Below, piece after piece: positions 31,600 through 45,623 of a stretch of DNA of 53,575 bases. The translations under genes were made by a program, and so were the position numbers. The stretch's first letter is position 1; each line of letters begins with the position of its first letter. This stretch comes from Eledone cirrhosa (taxonomy: Eukaryota): the NCBI GenBank assembly GCA_964016885.1, contig CAXHJY010000760.1:1-53575 (forward strand), given 5' to 3'. The notes beneath the pieces were generated by a model, which made no database searches, was not told where the DNA came from, and saw only the letters and a program-made list of their open reading frames with translations.

Positions 31600-32230
31600 G
31601 GCACACATTGTATCAGAGTCTTCGAAACTTTCGCAAAATGATAAGAAAATGAAACATGAAAGGAGACCAAAATAATCCAGTAGAAATTGTGAGAAGTGAA
31701 GATTTGACAAGGCAGACAAATGGTAGATTTGACAAGGCAGACAACCGGAGAAAGTATTGGAGTCGGACGACTGCAAGATTTTAGAGCATTTGCCTATACA
31801 AACGGCTAGATCATAATAGACCAGATATTACTGTAATCGAAAAGAGAAATAAAACATGTCAATTGATTGACCCAGCTTGTCCATTTGTTACTCGCAGACA
31901 AGGAAAAGAAGAAAAGTGAAATGATTACACCCCACCGGAGTATGACATTTCAAGAATATGGAAAAGGTGGAGGTGATGCAAGTAGTCGTTGGTACCTTAC
32001 TGACGATCACAAAGAATTTTAATAAATTGATTAAAAAAAAATACTAGAAGTGAAACTTACAGTGGAAATGTTACAGACCTTGTTTGCTTGCAACAGCTAT
32101 GATAATACGAAAGGTATTGGATATAAACTGAAAGATTGAAACAACATCCTGATAGGTAAGACCACTGGATGTGCTCCAGTATCTTGACTAAACTTAATCT
32201 TGAATGAGGATAAAATAATAATAATAGTAA
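31600..32230 (+). mobile_element. R4/Dong-type non-LTR retrotransposon 3' fragment (RLE domain, decayed)
   Basis: HIVSESSKLSQ..QPEKVLESDDCKIL..IQT..DHNRPDITVIEKRNKTCQLIDPACPF..VVVGTL..IIRKVLDI, short 3'UTR and (TAA)n tail at about 32213. Confidence 0.82.
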
Positions 32231-32360
32231 GGATTTAAATATTGGATTTAAAGTTCTATTTGTATAGAGTTAAAGTTGCCGATTCACCACAGGAATACAA
32301 AATAGAAAGTAAGTAATTATAGAAAGCCAATGAAAGACTTCTCTCTATCATTATGTTATT

Positions 32361-32547
32361 CGGTGAATTGGCAGTATCGGTAGAGGGTTAGACGCCATGC
32401 TTTCTAGCATAGTTACGTCCCTTTACAGTCTGAGTTCAAATCCCGCCGAGGTTAACTTTGCCTTTCATCCTTACGGAGTCGATAAAATGAAGTACCAGTA
32501 ATGTACTGGGTAATTTCTGGCCTTGTGCCTAAAGTAGAAACAATTAT
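32361..32547 (+). mobile_element. SINE family A, full length
   Basis: TGGCAGTATCGG A-box-like, GAGTTCAAATCCC B box, conserved core and tail. Confidence 0.9.
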
Positions 32548-33609
32548 GTTTTTTAACTTGTTTTACTTCGATTAATCCATCAGCACCCATAGCCACGTTA
32601 GTGCACTGTCATCAAAAGAAATTTACTCTTCAGGCTGAAAAGGATAAACAATTTCAATTTTCTTTCATAGAACTTTTCAAATTAAGTTTTTAATTAAATC
32701 TCAACATCTTACAAATTGTTTACACGGCTTTTCCTTAACTAGGCTTCCAGATTTATTCTGTATTTAACAATTGTAATAATAGCCAAGCGACACACGAATC
32801 AGCTATTGAATTCGTGACAATAGCCAGGAAGAAATGTGAAGGATCACAATGGCTTAGCAAGAGATATTTCGGTTAATCAGTCCACGATTTTTGCGATTAC
32901 AGAGAAATTTCAATCGAAAACCAAACAACCATTGTGTTTACTTTATGTCAATGTAGCTAGTTGTAAATTACTAATTAAATGAATAGGGGAAATGAGAATA
33001 AATTAGTTAACTACATTAGCAAAACTGCACTCAAATTTTTAAGAAGTTTATGCTACAAATATTAGGATCGGCATTCGTTCCTACTATGAGGAATGTTTAA
33101 AAAGCAAACACCAATGTAAAAAGCTTGGTTTAGAACAAATTAGAAAATACTTTAATCATGCACCATAATATGCTCTTAGAAATAACCATGCAACATTACT
33201 TCAGGGTATAAAGATTCAAACGGAAAGGCGATTAAACATTCATACCTAGATGTTGTATGTATCAATAAAGAGGAAATATTGTGTGGGTTCAAGAATGTTA
33301 TCCACTCGTTTGACATCAGTTTGGGGGACAAATAACAGAAAAATACAAAATAGAAAAATACAAAGATAGAAGATACGAAAACAGAGAATGTAGAATAACT
33401 ATTAAGTTGTTATCCTCACAATTGTAATATGGGGCTTAGGGACAGTGACAAGAAGTTCCAGGATGGCTGTTTTCTTGGTGCAGCATGACCTATAAGTACG
33501 TTTTCAGCTATAACTAAGGCTAAGCGATGCAGTTTGATATCTAGCAATCCAGTATCGACAGAAAAACCACTAATGATGGGGTGGGGGGAGAACAACAGCA
33601 ATGAAAACA

Positions 33610-33950
33610 ATAATAATTGTTTCTACTTTTGGCACAAGGCCAGCAATTACCCAGTACATTATTTTATCGACCCCGTAAGGATGAAAGGCAAAGTTAACCT
33701 CGGCGGGATTTGAACTCAGTCCGTAAAGGGACGTAACTATGCTGGAAAGCATGGCGTCCGACCCTCTACCGATACTGCCAAAATAATGATTTCTAATTTT
33801 GGCACAACCATATCATTTTCAGGAAGGGTAAAGTGAATTATTAAGACTTTATTTTATCGACACCCGAAAGGATGAATGGCAAAGTTAACCTCGGTGGGAT
33901 TTGAAACAAGATCGTAAAGTGCCGTAACAAAATACCGCAAAGCATTTTGT
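33610..33950 (-). mobile_element. Two adjacent SINE family A copies
   Basis: Core motif at about 33660-33715 and 33848-33905. Confidence 0.85.
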
Positions 33951-34702
33951 AGAAGAAGAAGAAGAAGGAGAAGGAGAAGGAGAAGAAAAAGAAAAAGAAA
34001 AAGAAGAAGTAGAAGACCACCACCAACAACAACTACAAGAAGAAGAAGAGGAAAATCAACAACAACTATAATGACATTGACACCTTTCCGTCTGTCATAC
34101 GAACGGAGAAATTATTGATCTAAATAATATACAGTAATCCAAACAAATCATGTCTCCCAATCAGACCCTTGAATATAAACTTACGTCATTCACTATACAT
34201 TCTCCTCTGAATCTCCAGTTAATACACATTGTAGTAAAAAGAAAAACACGGCAATCTTTTCATACAACATTCGTTTTTGATTGAGAACAACACTCTTGTT
34301 AAATCTAGATCACGATTACTAATACAAGAAGATAATTATAAACATTTTCTTTCATTAATATTTAATCTACAAAACGTATTCATATAATTTTCAATCGTTA
34401 TACAAATCTACTATCTTTTATTACGTGTATTCTGCCAAAAGATTCCATACTATTAAATTAAAGAAAACATTCATATTTGAAAGATCTTCTTGGATATACC
34501 ATTTCTCTTTCAATTTCATTGGTTCTATAAAATCAGCAATTGATAACGTGTATAAGTCTACACATAATTCTACTTTCTGAATTTCAATTCACAGCATTTA
34601 TATTGAGGTTAATATAAGAAATTAATAAATTTTGTCAAATATTTTACATCGTTCAACATATTTCACTTGGTAAAACATCAACAAATTTTCACTCTGTATT
34701 CA

Positions 34703-34759
<57 letters not shown>

Positions 34760-34761
<2 letters not shown>

Positions 34762-34806
34762 GTCTAACCCATGTTAGCATGGAAGATTGACGTTAAATGA
34801 TGATGG
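34760..34806 (+). mobile_element. RTE-type LINE/SINE 3' tail fragment
   Basis: CCGTCTAACCCATGTTAGCATGGAAG..GACGTTAAATGATGATG; inverted relative at 42425-42475. Confidence 0.55.
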
Positions 34807-34839
34807 TATGTATATGTTGTTATACATATATTATTATTA

Positions 34840-35046
34840 TTTGGCAGTATCGGTAAAGGGTCGGACGCCATGCTTTGCAACATAGAGTTATGCCCATTTA
34901 CGTTCTGCGTTCAAATCCCACCGAGGTTAACTTTGCCTTTCATCCTTATTGGGTCGATAAAATAGACCAGAAATGCACTGGAGTAATTGCTGGCCTTGTG
35001 CCAAAAGTCAAACTATTATTATTATTATCATTATTATTATTATTAT
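34840..35046 (+). mobile_element. SINE family A with (ATT)n tail
   Basis: Same head, core and tail. Confidence 0.88.
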
Positions 35047-35139
35047 AAGATGAGTAGTTTACAGAAATAATGGTATTTTGTTTTATGTGTCAATTTTATT
35101 TTCTATGTGTAAAACATGTTCTTTCGAATAAACACAGGA

Positions 35140-35300
<161 letters not shown>

Positions 35301-35740
35301 GAGGTGTTTCGAATGGTTCTCTAATAGCTTTACTACATTTATACATTTTTACCCTTAAAATTTGACCTTACATTTTCAAACATCAATTTTCCCCATTAGT
35401 AAATTTATTTATAACAAAATGCTTTTACCTTCGACGTGTTTATTGAGTATGAAGAAGACGTAAAAACCTTTGAATTGCTTTAACATTTTGATAGTAAAAT
35501 CCTGATGTTTTCGATTTATTTATAAGATCTGTAGTAATGGCATAATATTAAATATTTACATTGTCATAACATTTCTATCAATTTCATCTCCGTGCATCAT
35601 CAGCAAACAACTGTTTTATTTCTGGACATATACAAATTAGTTAATTGAATTTGAAGTAGAATGTTAAATAATAGATATTAATATCTCTTGTCCTCAAGGA
35701 CACTAATCATGTTCTTTAACATTGTGTTCAATTAAAGAAA

Positions 35741-35910
35741 CCGGTGAGTTAGCAGAGTGGTTAGAACGTCGGGTAGAATGCTTTGCGATATTCGTTCCGG
35801 CTCTCTCTGCTCAGTTTTCAAAACCCGACGTGTTTACCTTTATATTTCATCTTTTCAAGGCTGCTAAATAATCTACAATTCCAGTACTGAGATCGACTTA
35901 CCCCCTATAA
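35741..35910 (+). mobile_element. Old diverged SINE family A copy
   Basis: CGGTGAGTTAGCAGAGTGGTTAGAACGTCGG head and a degenerate core. Confidence 0.65.
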
Positions 35911-36354
35911 TGTTTTCTCATTTCTTTTCGAACACTCTCTCGCACTTACTCTAGAATAAATCGGCTTTGTTCAGATCAGAGAAAGAGGGTAAGTTCTGTC
36001 AGGTTTAAATTGTCCAAGACATTCTTGAGGGCGCCTCTACGACTTGGTCAGGATGTATGTTCATACATGGAATAAAAGACACTCTGGATACGGAGTGAAT
36101 GAAACATAAATCGTATACGAATCTTATATTAATAGCATAACAGAGAAAGTAGGGTAAACATTTGTAGATTTAACTATATTTGATTAATTATATTATAGTT
36201 TTTTCTTTTCATGTTCCGCCGTCGGTTTTTCCCAAGCCTGTACGAGATGGACGAAGCCCGAAGCTTATCCTAGTTTCACGGGCATTAAGCGACTAGGGAT
36301 ATCAGTACATCTCAGAGCTATATCACAGAGCTAAACTACACTTATATGTATACA

Positions 36355-36500
36355 AGAGGCAAACAGAAATAACAAAGCAAACGACACAGTACAATGAAGA
36401 AATATAATATTAGTTTTACGCTTGATATAGTAGGAAAAAAGTCTTAACGTTTCGGACGCTAGTGCTTCTTTAGAAAATAGAATGAGAAATTACAGAAGAA
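36355..36500 (-). mobile_element. Third copy of the pLTR-like repeat; degenerate hammerhead 36442-36477
   Basis: Reverse complement: CUAAAGA A GCAC UAGC GUCC GAAA CG UU AAGA; flank AAAGCAAACGACACAGTACAAT shared with 18075. Confidence 0.68.
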
Positions 36501-37461
36501 ATAAAAAGAATGGGCGGTTGCAGAACGGAAAGAAAATTCTTAGAGAAAAAAAACAGGTCTATTCATCATCTCTTAAAGTTCCTTATTCATATTTTATACT
36601 TTGTCTTTCTTTCTAATTTAACCATGGTTTTTTCACAGGGTCAGCTACTAATATATTAAAACCTATATACTTTCTCACCGTCCTTAAAAATACAATCGTA
36701 AACATGTTTTACTACTTATATTTATATCCGCTTTTAGAGAATTAATGATGCTTATCTTACATTAAAAGGTATTTGAACTATTTCTTTTTATAAATATTTG
36801 GAAATAATTTTTTTATATATTAAAGATATTTTCTAGGTATATATATATAATCTTAAAAGCTTTTTATATTTCTTAATACTAATAACATTACTTAAAATCG
36901 ATGTGGCATTTTTTTTTTTACAAAATTTCATAGTTTTCAAATCTACTTTGTTCTTAACGATATTTGCAAATACTTGATTTAAGGAAAAGCATTATGTAAA
37001 TGATACTTTATCAAAACCCTTAGGCTTATTTTAAAAAAAGTACTTCACATATTTCTGTTGCTAAATATCATTAGTATAAGTCATATAAAATTCATTCGTT
37101 TTTTTCTACTTCTCTCTCTTAGCAATGTCATTAAAATAAAATTTGATGGAGCAAAATTCGAAACTCGAATTTCATTACTTGGTGTTGATTTTAAAACACA
37201 CGGCAATGAAAAGTATAGATATCTGACATTAGAGATACATATGGCTGAGTGGTTATCAGGTTTGCAGGAATGAGAGCCTATGTTATATCTCACTTCCTGA
37301 GATCTTAGACAAGTGCATTTCCCATGGATGTTCATTGCGAAACCGCGGTAGGATGAATTCATATATATGACATTTTCCCTAATCTCCTTTTATCGCAAGC
37401 ATTAGATCATTCGTGTCTACTTATTAGAAAGGGCTTTGTAACGTTCATTGTTCACTGTAGA

Positions 37462-37463
<2 letters not shown>

Positions 37464-37516
<53 letters not shown>

Positions 37517-37690
37517 AAGAGAGAAAGAGAGAAAGAGAAAGAGAGAGGGAAAGAGAAAGGGAGAGAGAAAGTGAGAGAAAGAGAGAGAAAGAGAGAGAGA
37601 AAGAGAAAGAAAGAGAGAGAGAAGGAGAGAGAAAGAGAAAGAGAGAGAGAAAGATAAAGAGAAAGAGAGAGAGAGAGAGTGAGAGAGAGA
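37464..37690. repeat. (GA)n/(GAAA)n polypurine tract
   Basis: Direct reading. Confidence 0.95.
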
Positions 37691-38070
37691 TGTAACACAC
37701 ACACATATATATATATATATAGGTGTGTGTTGGCGTGGATTTATATGACTATTGTATCCGCAGAACATGCCCAGAACTATTTAACACGAATAGTCAGATG
37801 CATCGTTCCCTCTTCAGCAAGCTTCCATTAAAGTGATACACCACTTCAATGCCAGTTTATGCAATAAGGTGACAGGAAAGAAATAACAACATCGCCAGAA
37901 CCACAATTCTTTTTCCTTATAAAAAGAACCTGTATGTCATATCCATCCAAAATATTGTTTGATATTTCCTTACAATAAATGCCCTCCCCCTCGCCCCATT
38001 TCTTGTGTGTGATATGTAGGGATTTAAATGCAAACACTGACATTGTGTAAACCCCCTGTGTCCCTGTTCT

Positions 38071-38483
38071 GCCATTTTTAATAATTGTTTCTACGTTAAG
38101 TACAAGGCCAGCAATTACCCAGTGCATTACTGGTACTTTATTTTAACGACCCTGTAAGGATGAAAGGCAAAGTTAAACTTGGCGGGATTTGAACTCAGAA
38201 TGGCAAGGGCCGTAACTCTATACGTCAAAGCATGGCGTCCGACCCTCTACCAATACTGCCAATCCACCGCCATTTTTAATAATTGTTTCTACTTTTTAGG
38301 CACAAGGCCAGCAATTACCCAGTACATTACTGGTACTTTATTTTATCGACCCCGTAAGGATGAAAGGCAAAGTTAACCTTGGCGGGATTTGAACTCAGAA
38401 TGGCAAGGGCCGTAACTCTATACGTCAAAGCATGGCGTCCGACCCTCTACCAATACTGCCAATCCACCGCCATTTTTAATAAT
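38071..38483 (-). mobile_element. Tandem head-to-tail duplication of a full SINE family A copy
   Basis: About 200-bp period; GCCATTTTTAATAAT at 38071, 38269, 38469. Confidence 0.92.
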
Positions 38484-39026
38484 ATACCTACATTAGAACA
38501 AGTAAATGCCAAAATGATTTTGTCGAGTGATTTTATATTCAACACAATACAAAGGAATATTTATACAAAAGTTATTAGTAGGAAGCAATGATTATGTTAA
38601 TATGGTGTTTAGCACAAAACTATATCCTGTGAGTGGGTATAATATAGGATAATCGTTTGGCAATGGTCCTTCAATTGCTGTTAAACAAGCTTCGAAAATA
38701 CTGTGATAACGTATCATTTTACAATCATGGGAAACAAACGTATACTTAAGCAATCTACTCAATAAATTCATATGAATCAACTATATACATTAATATTTTC
38801 GCCAACTTTTAAATCATTCAAACTACATTCACACACACACACACACACTCACTCAAATACTCACATGGTTATACGCATACATATATAAGAACATAACGCG
38901 TTTGTTTCAAGTACACAATTTTACCAATTATTTCTGAATCTTTAAATACCGTATTAACTGTATAAACTGTTGATAAATATTACATTGGTTTTCCATAATC
39001 CATTTAGAATATGTATGAACTGAAGC

Positions 39027-39722
39027 ATATATTTGCATCAGACACATATATATATATTTGCGTCAGATACATATATATATATTTGCGTCAGACACATATA
39101 TATATTTGCGTTAGACACATATATATATTTGCGTCAGACACATATATATATTTGCATCAGACACATATATATATATTTGCATCAGACACATATATATATA
39201 TTTGCGTCAGACACATATATATATTTGTATCAGACACATATATATATATTTGCGTCAGACACATATATATATTTGCGTCAGACACACATATATATATTTG
39301 CGTCAGACACATATATATATTTGCGTCAGACACATATATATATATATTTGCAGCAGACACATATATATATTTGCGTCAGACACATATATATATTTGCGTC
39401 AGACACATATATATATATATTTGCAGCAGACACATATATATATTTGCGTCAGACACATATATATATTTGCGTCAAACACATATATATATTTGCATCAGAC
39501 ACATATATATTTGCATCAGACACATATATATTTGCATCAGACACATATATATATGCGTCAGACACATATATATATATTTGCGTCAGACACATATATATAT
39601 TTGCGTCAGACACATATATATATTTGCATCAGACACAAATATATATATTTGCGTTAGACACATATATATTTGCGTCAGACATATATATATTTGCGTCAGA
39701 CACATATATATATTTCCATCAG

Positions 39723-39725
<3 letters not shown>
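39027..39725. repeat. Minisatellite TTTGC(G/A)TCAGACAC(AT)n, about 30 copies
   Basis: Fixed 14-bp core with variable AT spacer. Confidence 0.95.
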
Positions 39726-39761
<36 letters not shown>

Positions 39762-40000
39762 CCTGTGAATTGTAATTTATATTATAATACCACGTATAGC
39801 ATGAATATATATAAAGATAACTATTTACCTTAAATACAACGTTGCTATGTGTGTGTGTATATATATATTTAGAGAGAGAGAGAACGTCAATGATTCACTC
39901 CATACAATGTGACGTGATCATCAACAATACGTAGAAATATATAAAATCTATATATTCATTCATTGTATAAATTTTATAGACATTTTTGCGTTTGTATTTC

Positions 40001-40155
40001 TAAACATATTCAGACATAAAACATATTCAGATATAAAACATATTCAGATATAAAACATATTCAGATATACGTCTATAGCAACGTGATAACACACATAAAA
40101 CATATTCAGACATAAAACATATTCAGATATACGTCTATAGCAACGTGATAACACC
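40001..40155. repeat. Nested short tandem repeats (AAAACATATTCAGA(T/C)AT)
   Basis: 17-bp unit repeated, with a higher-order duplication of about 62 bp. Confidence 0.85.
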
Positions 40156-41094
40156 CAAGATCTTAAGTACATTGCGAGGTTAAACTTTATTTTTATCTTA
40201 TATGGTGAAAACACAAATGCTAAGATAAACATCAGTTATTTCTTCTCATGTTGGTCTATTATGGTATTTGTCAAATGACACGTTATTTTCTGTATTTCAC
40301 TTCTGTATTTCACTCATTATCAATTCAGTTTGTATGTGTCCAATATGGATTGTGACACAACGATATATCCATTGACATCGGCAGAACTTCAAGTGACTAC
40401 ACAAATCTCTACCCTTCATAGCGACACAAACTAGGTTACACGCAGGTGTGGGCCTCGCTACCTGGAATAGCTCTTCCAGCGCGTTTCTCTGACTATTCTC
40501 CGGTGAAACGCCTTCTGTATTCTGTCAACCGTGGGCTCTCATTTGCTTACAATTGTGAGAGATTGTGAAAGCAGGCAAGACAGAGACATTAACAGCTAGA
40601 GTTTGGTTCTTTTGTGTTCGAATCTGGTGTATATGTGTGTATATATGAGAGAATGTGTCTAATACAATATGCCTTTAAGTTGCTTGACATGCTCATAAAT
40701 ACAATAGCTGCTAACTGTTGAAATCAATCTGTCTTTAAATCAAATATGGAGAAAATCATAAACTATTCAAACAATGAACATTTCAGTATGAACTGAATAT
40801 ATATTTAACATATAACAAAACAATATACTCATACTTAACACAATATGTTGATCTGAATCAGCTCTTTTAATTCGAATTGAGAGTGGAATGTCACTTACCT
40901 GAAAAATAATAAAAGTGAATTTGAAATTAGTTTAAACGAATAGCATATAGAAGAATTTTAGCAAAGTACATGTTTTGTTTCTATGAGTCCCATCCTTACA
41001 AATTGTTCGGGTTTAGTTGTATACGTCAAACCTATTATTCTAATGCCACATATATAAACTAAATATGAAGGGTAATAGAAGCATATATATTATA

Positions 41095-41214
<120 letters not shown>

Positions 41215-42814
41215 CAGACTGGCAAGCAGATAGACAGATAGATATAGTAGTTTTAATATCGAAGTTATTTGATTGTCAGTGTTGTATTTTATAACCTCAA
41301 TCAACAAACTGTGGTGTAATTACGTCAGTTGCACCTATCTAAATAAGATCTGGAACCGCACAGATCGATACTAGACGGAGTATTGATATGTTAATAAATA
41401 TGAAGACACAGTTCTACATTTAAATGCTTCAATTCATTAATTAACAACTGTTAAGGGATAGAGGAAGATTGAAATATGACCTTACCTCTAGATACTTTCC
41501 AAAGTTTTTTTCCCACCCTTGACTAATGTTTTTGCTAAATGTTTTTGCTAAATGTTTTCACTTGCGATACATTTAGGATGTAGTCTATATCTATTATTTC
41601 TCTTTGTGCTCCCTCCTTTGCTAATTCATCTGCTTTTCTATTTACCTTAATATATTTATAGCCTTGTATTCAATACATACTTATTGGCTTTATCATACTG
41701 AGACGCTACGGAGTGTGATCGAATGCAGGTGGCTGCAATGTGAATGTGGTGACCACAGTGCTACTGCTTCGCCTATTAGATATAAACATTTTGTAATATA
41801 CATTAGCACGTTAATAAATTAGTATTTTGTAAGTGCGTTTAATAACTTTTTAAGCGATCATTTAAAGACAAATACCCGAATTCAGTTGTATAAATTGCCA
41901 TAATATTTAGTTATTGAAACACGCCAGACGTTTTAAAGAATTTTTTTTTTTTTCGAGTATATCTTCAACAAAGACAAACGAATGAAAACCAATTAGAACT
42001 TTGAATACTGTAACATTGAACGCTCAGAGACATTTCTATTGATTTACGAGACATTTTTTGTCAAAAGATTGTTCTTGATATATTTTTCCAACTTGACTAA
42101 ATAATTAAGTGTCCGCCGATTAAAATATATTTTGCTTAAAGCTATATTATAATATCACAAAGAGAAATTGTGAAAACATAACAATAAACACACTGACTTA
42201 AATAAATATAGAAGTTATGTGTGTCGACATATATGAAAATTGTGTATAAGATTTCAAAGAAAATCAAAACCAGAACACTGAACCCACTGACGAATCATGG
42301 AGGTCTTTACTAGCGACATCCCTCTTCACATGTCGCTGAGGACGCTTACAGCAAATGAAATTATAGATAATCAGTAGAGCGGCAGTTCGAAGAATCATTT
42401 GGGAATCGTACAATATATATATGTATCATCATCATTTTAAAGTCTCCTTTTCCTGCTAGCAAGGGTTGGACGGGTTTACATAGACCAAACAAGTACCAAC
42501 GTGGGGCTTCTGATCTCCCAAACAGGCAAAGGATCTGCATCACGCTCTCCGCCCTTTGACTGGGGAACGAAAGCTAGAAAATGACCGTGCCACGAGCCAC
42601 AGAAATGATAAAAACACTTGAATAAATACTTAGCAGAGGAAGTACTATGTATGGTCCCATAACTCCTGTCATAGCAGCACCGTATTCACAAACGGCGTTT
42701 CTTGAGTATTGTAAGCGTGGCGGAGCCCATCCGTCTCCAGACCTGAGTACAGCGGATTTCTTCCAGAGAGAGGAAGAAACTGAGAGAGATGAAATGAGAA
42801 AGAGATATAGAGGA

Positions 42815-42977
42815 AGAATCGACACCAGTACTTGACTGGTACGTTTTTTATCCACCTCGAAATGATGAAAGGCAAAGTTAACCTTGGCGCGATTTGAACT
42901 CAGAGATCAGAGAGCCGGAATCAATACCATAAAGCATTCTATCCAACGTTCTAACGACTCTGCCAATTCACCGCCGG
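42815..42977 (-). mobile_element. SINE family A, diverged
   Basis: GATGAAAGGCAAAGTTAACCTTGGCGCGATTTGAACTCAG...CTGCCAATTCACCGCC. Confidence 0.82.
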
Positions 42978-44299
42978 GTTGGTATACTCGACTAGAATCT
43001 TTGAAATCAAAACCTGAATCCAGTAAAAGAATGAAGAAATACAACCCAAATGTACAGATTCGTAAAGTTAATTGAAAATCTATCCATCAAAGTCACGAAT
43101 AACATATTTTGATAAAATCCTTGAATAAGTTTCAAATAAAATCTAATGTTTCCTTCCTGAAGAAAGCGAATAGCTTTTGTCAATTACTAAATCCTAAAAG
43201 CTTTGCATTTTCGAGTAGTGTGAAAATAAACGTGCACAAACACACTCCATCTCTGTCTGATTCTCTCGCTCCTTCTAGCACACACAAAGACTCACACTAC
43301 ATTCTCACCCCACAAACATATACTCACACTTACATTCTCGCCACACAAGCATGGCTACAACCATACGTCCGTAAAATTTAAACATCATGCAGAAAGATGT
43401 ATACACATGTTCCAGTCAACTAGCTGTCAACAGGAATGTCTGGCGCTATTTATTCTGCTCCAGTATCTCAATTTCTTGGCTTCTTCCGATACAAGAAGTA
43501 GTAAATAAATATTAGTTTAGCAATGCCGATATTACTACCACCTATTTTTCAATCTCTTCAATCTGAAAAGTATTGCCAAGGCAATCTTTTCCTTAAGAGA
43601 TTCAGAGATATTTTCGATTATTCCTGGACAAATAAACTTGGAACGGGAGTTTACAGTTTGTAATAAGAGCTAAACAACTCTCATATATGATGATGGCAAA
43701 ACTTATGCTGAAAATCTACTTCACAGAATGATGTTTTGACGTTGTAAAGGAGAAAACCAAAATATGTCAAGTTAAAATACACTAACGTTTGTGATAAATA
43801 CATACCAAATTATTTAATACAATATTTACGCCTTTACAATATTCTGACACAATGAATCCAGTACACTATGTTTTGAGTCGAGATATTATTGTTTAAGAGT
43901 GATAGTTTCCAAAGATTTTCGATAGTACATCTTACTGAAATTAAACTATACACATAATTATAAAACCGTATTGATGCCGACTTGGAAATACAATGCTGCA
44001 TTGTTACATTGTGAAATACTTCGCTATCTTGGCATCAAAACACTGATTTAAATCTCCCGTTTCCAATTTGAATTAAGAATACCGTTTAGACTTCCTGAGT
44101 TACGTATGTAAACAAATGAATAGTTTGGTGCAGTTGATAAGCTAAAAACGAGAACTTCACAATTTTTTCTACTCAATAATGCATACTTCTACCTCTGGAA
44201 CCATTTTTTTATGCTTATATTCAAATTACTTCTGTTCCTCATTATTATTTATAGAAAACCATTTGTTAAATCGTTTAAAAAATTAGCTTCGTCAACTTA

Positions 44300-44500
44300 A
44301 TGCTTTCTAATGTGAGCACGAGGCCAGAATTTTTCTTTTTTTTTCGGTGTGGTGGGGCTAATCATATCGACGCGATTACTTGAAGATTGTCTATTATATC
44401 AACCTCATAATGATGAAAAGCAAAGTTGACCATAGCGGGGTGTGAACTCAGTACTTAATGCTGCAAAACATTGTCCGACGCTATAACCGTTCTGTCAATC
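44300..44500 (-). mobile_element. SINE family A, highly diverged
   Basis: GATGAAAAGCAAAGTTGACCATAGCGGGGTGTGAACTCAG. Confidence 0.65.
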
Positions 44501-44801
44501 TACAATCCTTCAACAACTTTATAATGAAGAAGATCATTAGTTATTTCACTAATCTTTAAAATCAATATAGCTACGAAACGGCTGACTTGATTTACAGAAC
44601 ATTATTCAGGCTCAATATCATTGATTTCATGCAAATAGCAATCTCATCAGTAATAAAGTAAAATAGAATCTCAAATCACTCGAAAATTACCTGTAGACTT
44701 ATTTTCCAAAATCAAATTAATTTTTGCGTGTATGTGTATGTAATGGGACTCTCTCTACCCCCTCTCTTTCTTTCCCTCTCTCGCTTTCTTATATATATAT
44801 A

Positions 44802-44887
44802 TGGTGTCCCCAAAAAAATGTATACACACTTCAACAGCATTCTAATAACTATGTAATATATGTATATATTTTTAGAGGACACCCTGT
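44802..44887. mobile_element. Short Tc1/mariner-like MITE
   Basis: GGTGTCCCCAAAAAAATGTATACACA ... TGTATATATTTTTAGAGGACACCCTG inverted termini in TA context; related half copy at 26950-26985. Confidence 0.6.
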
Positions 44888-44916
44888 GTGTGTATGTATA
44901 TATATATATATATATA

Positions 44917-45559
44917 TATACTATATAATATTTTGAGAATATCTCTCAGTCCTTTACAATAATTAAGCTCCAGGAAAGGGGCATTTCCGAGCAGTTAAAT
45001 ACATTAAAATATATGATAAACACAAAACGTGTTTGCATTGCAACAGACAGTCAGCTATTAATGAAATAAACTAATTAAAGTGAATACAATTTGTCTGTCT
45101 CGATATAAGTCAATAAAGACAAGCTATATTGGCAACTGCCATGATTCCTGGACAGATTTAAATTTCAAAATCCAAACCTGTTCTGTAGACGAATTTGAAC
45201 CTCGAAACCTAAATCCGTTTCGCAATGGTGGTATGTGAATTTAAAAAATAAAGAGAATCGAAATGGAATTGAAATAAAAAAGTGAAATATCCAAATCTTC
45301 TGTGCATATCAACAGGAATCCAGTAGAAATTAGTACATCTCACATCAAAAAATTTTGCAAGTCTGACTACACGTGTATAGCCAGACCAAACTAGCCGTCC
45401 CGCATTAACGGTGCTAGAAATAACAGCCATATATGCGGGATTAAAGATCAGCTCTAACATTTAAGGAGCAATATACTATATAATATTTTGAGAATAAGCT
45501 CTCACTCCTTTACAATAATTAAGCTCCAGGAAAGGGGTATTTCCGAGCAGTTAAATACA
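44917..45559. repeat. Pair of about 85-bp direct repeats (44917-45003, 45472-45559)
   Basis: CTATATAATATTTTGAGAATA...GCTCCAGGAAAGGGG(C/T)ATTTCCGAGCAGTTAAATAC twice. Confidence 0.88.
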
Positions 45560-45560
45560 G

Positions 45561-45620
<60 letters not shown>

Positions 45621-45623
<3 letters not shown>

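Noticed and set aside
32361-32450. tRNA-like A/B boxes
   Set aside because: These are SINE heads, not cloverleaf tRNA genes.
35568-35610. Minus-strand CUGAUGA...GAAA-UUGA-UA
   Set aside because: Stem II does not pair and the stem I closing pair is G-G; at best a decayed hammerhead.
39027-39725. CRISPR-like repeat-spacer look and 254/266-aa ORFs
   Set aside because: Spacers are only (AT)n; ordinary minisatellite in eukaryotic DNA.
40370-40600. GC-richer island, possible exon
   Set aside because: No recognisable protein motif or convincing splice-bounded frame.
42285-42366. CTGACGA and CTGAGGA...GAAA motifs
   Set aside because: No consistent stems I-III.
44608-44658. Minus-strand CUGAUGA...GAAA-UCAAUGA-UA
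   Set aside because: No credible stem I; likely chance.
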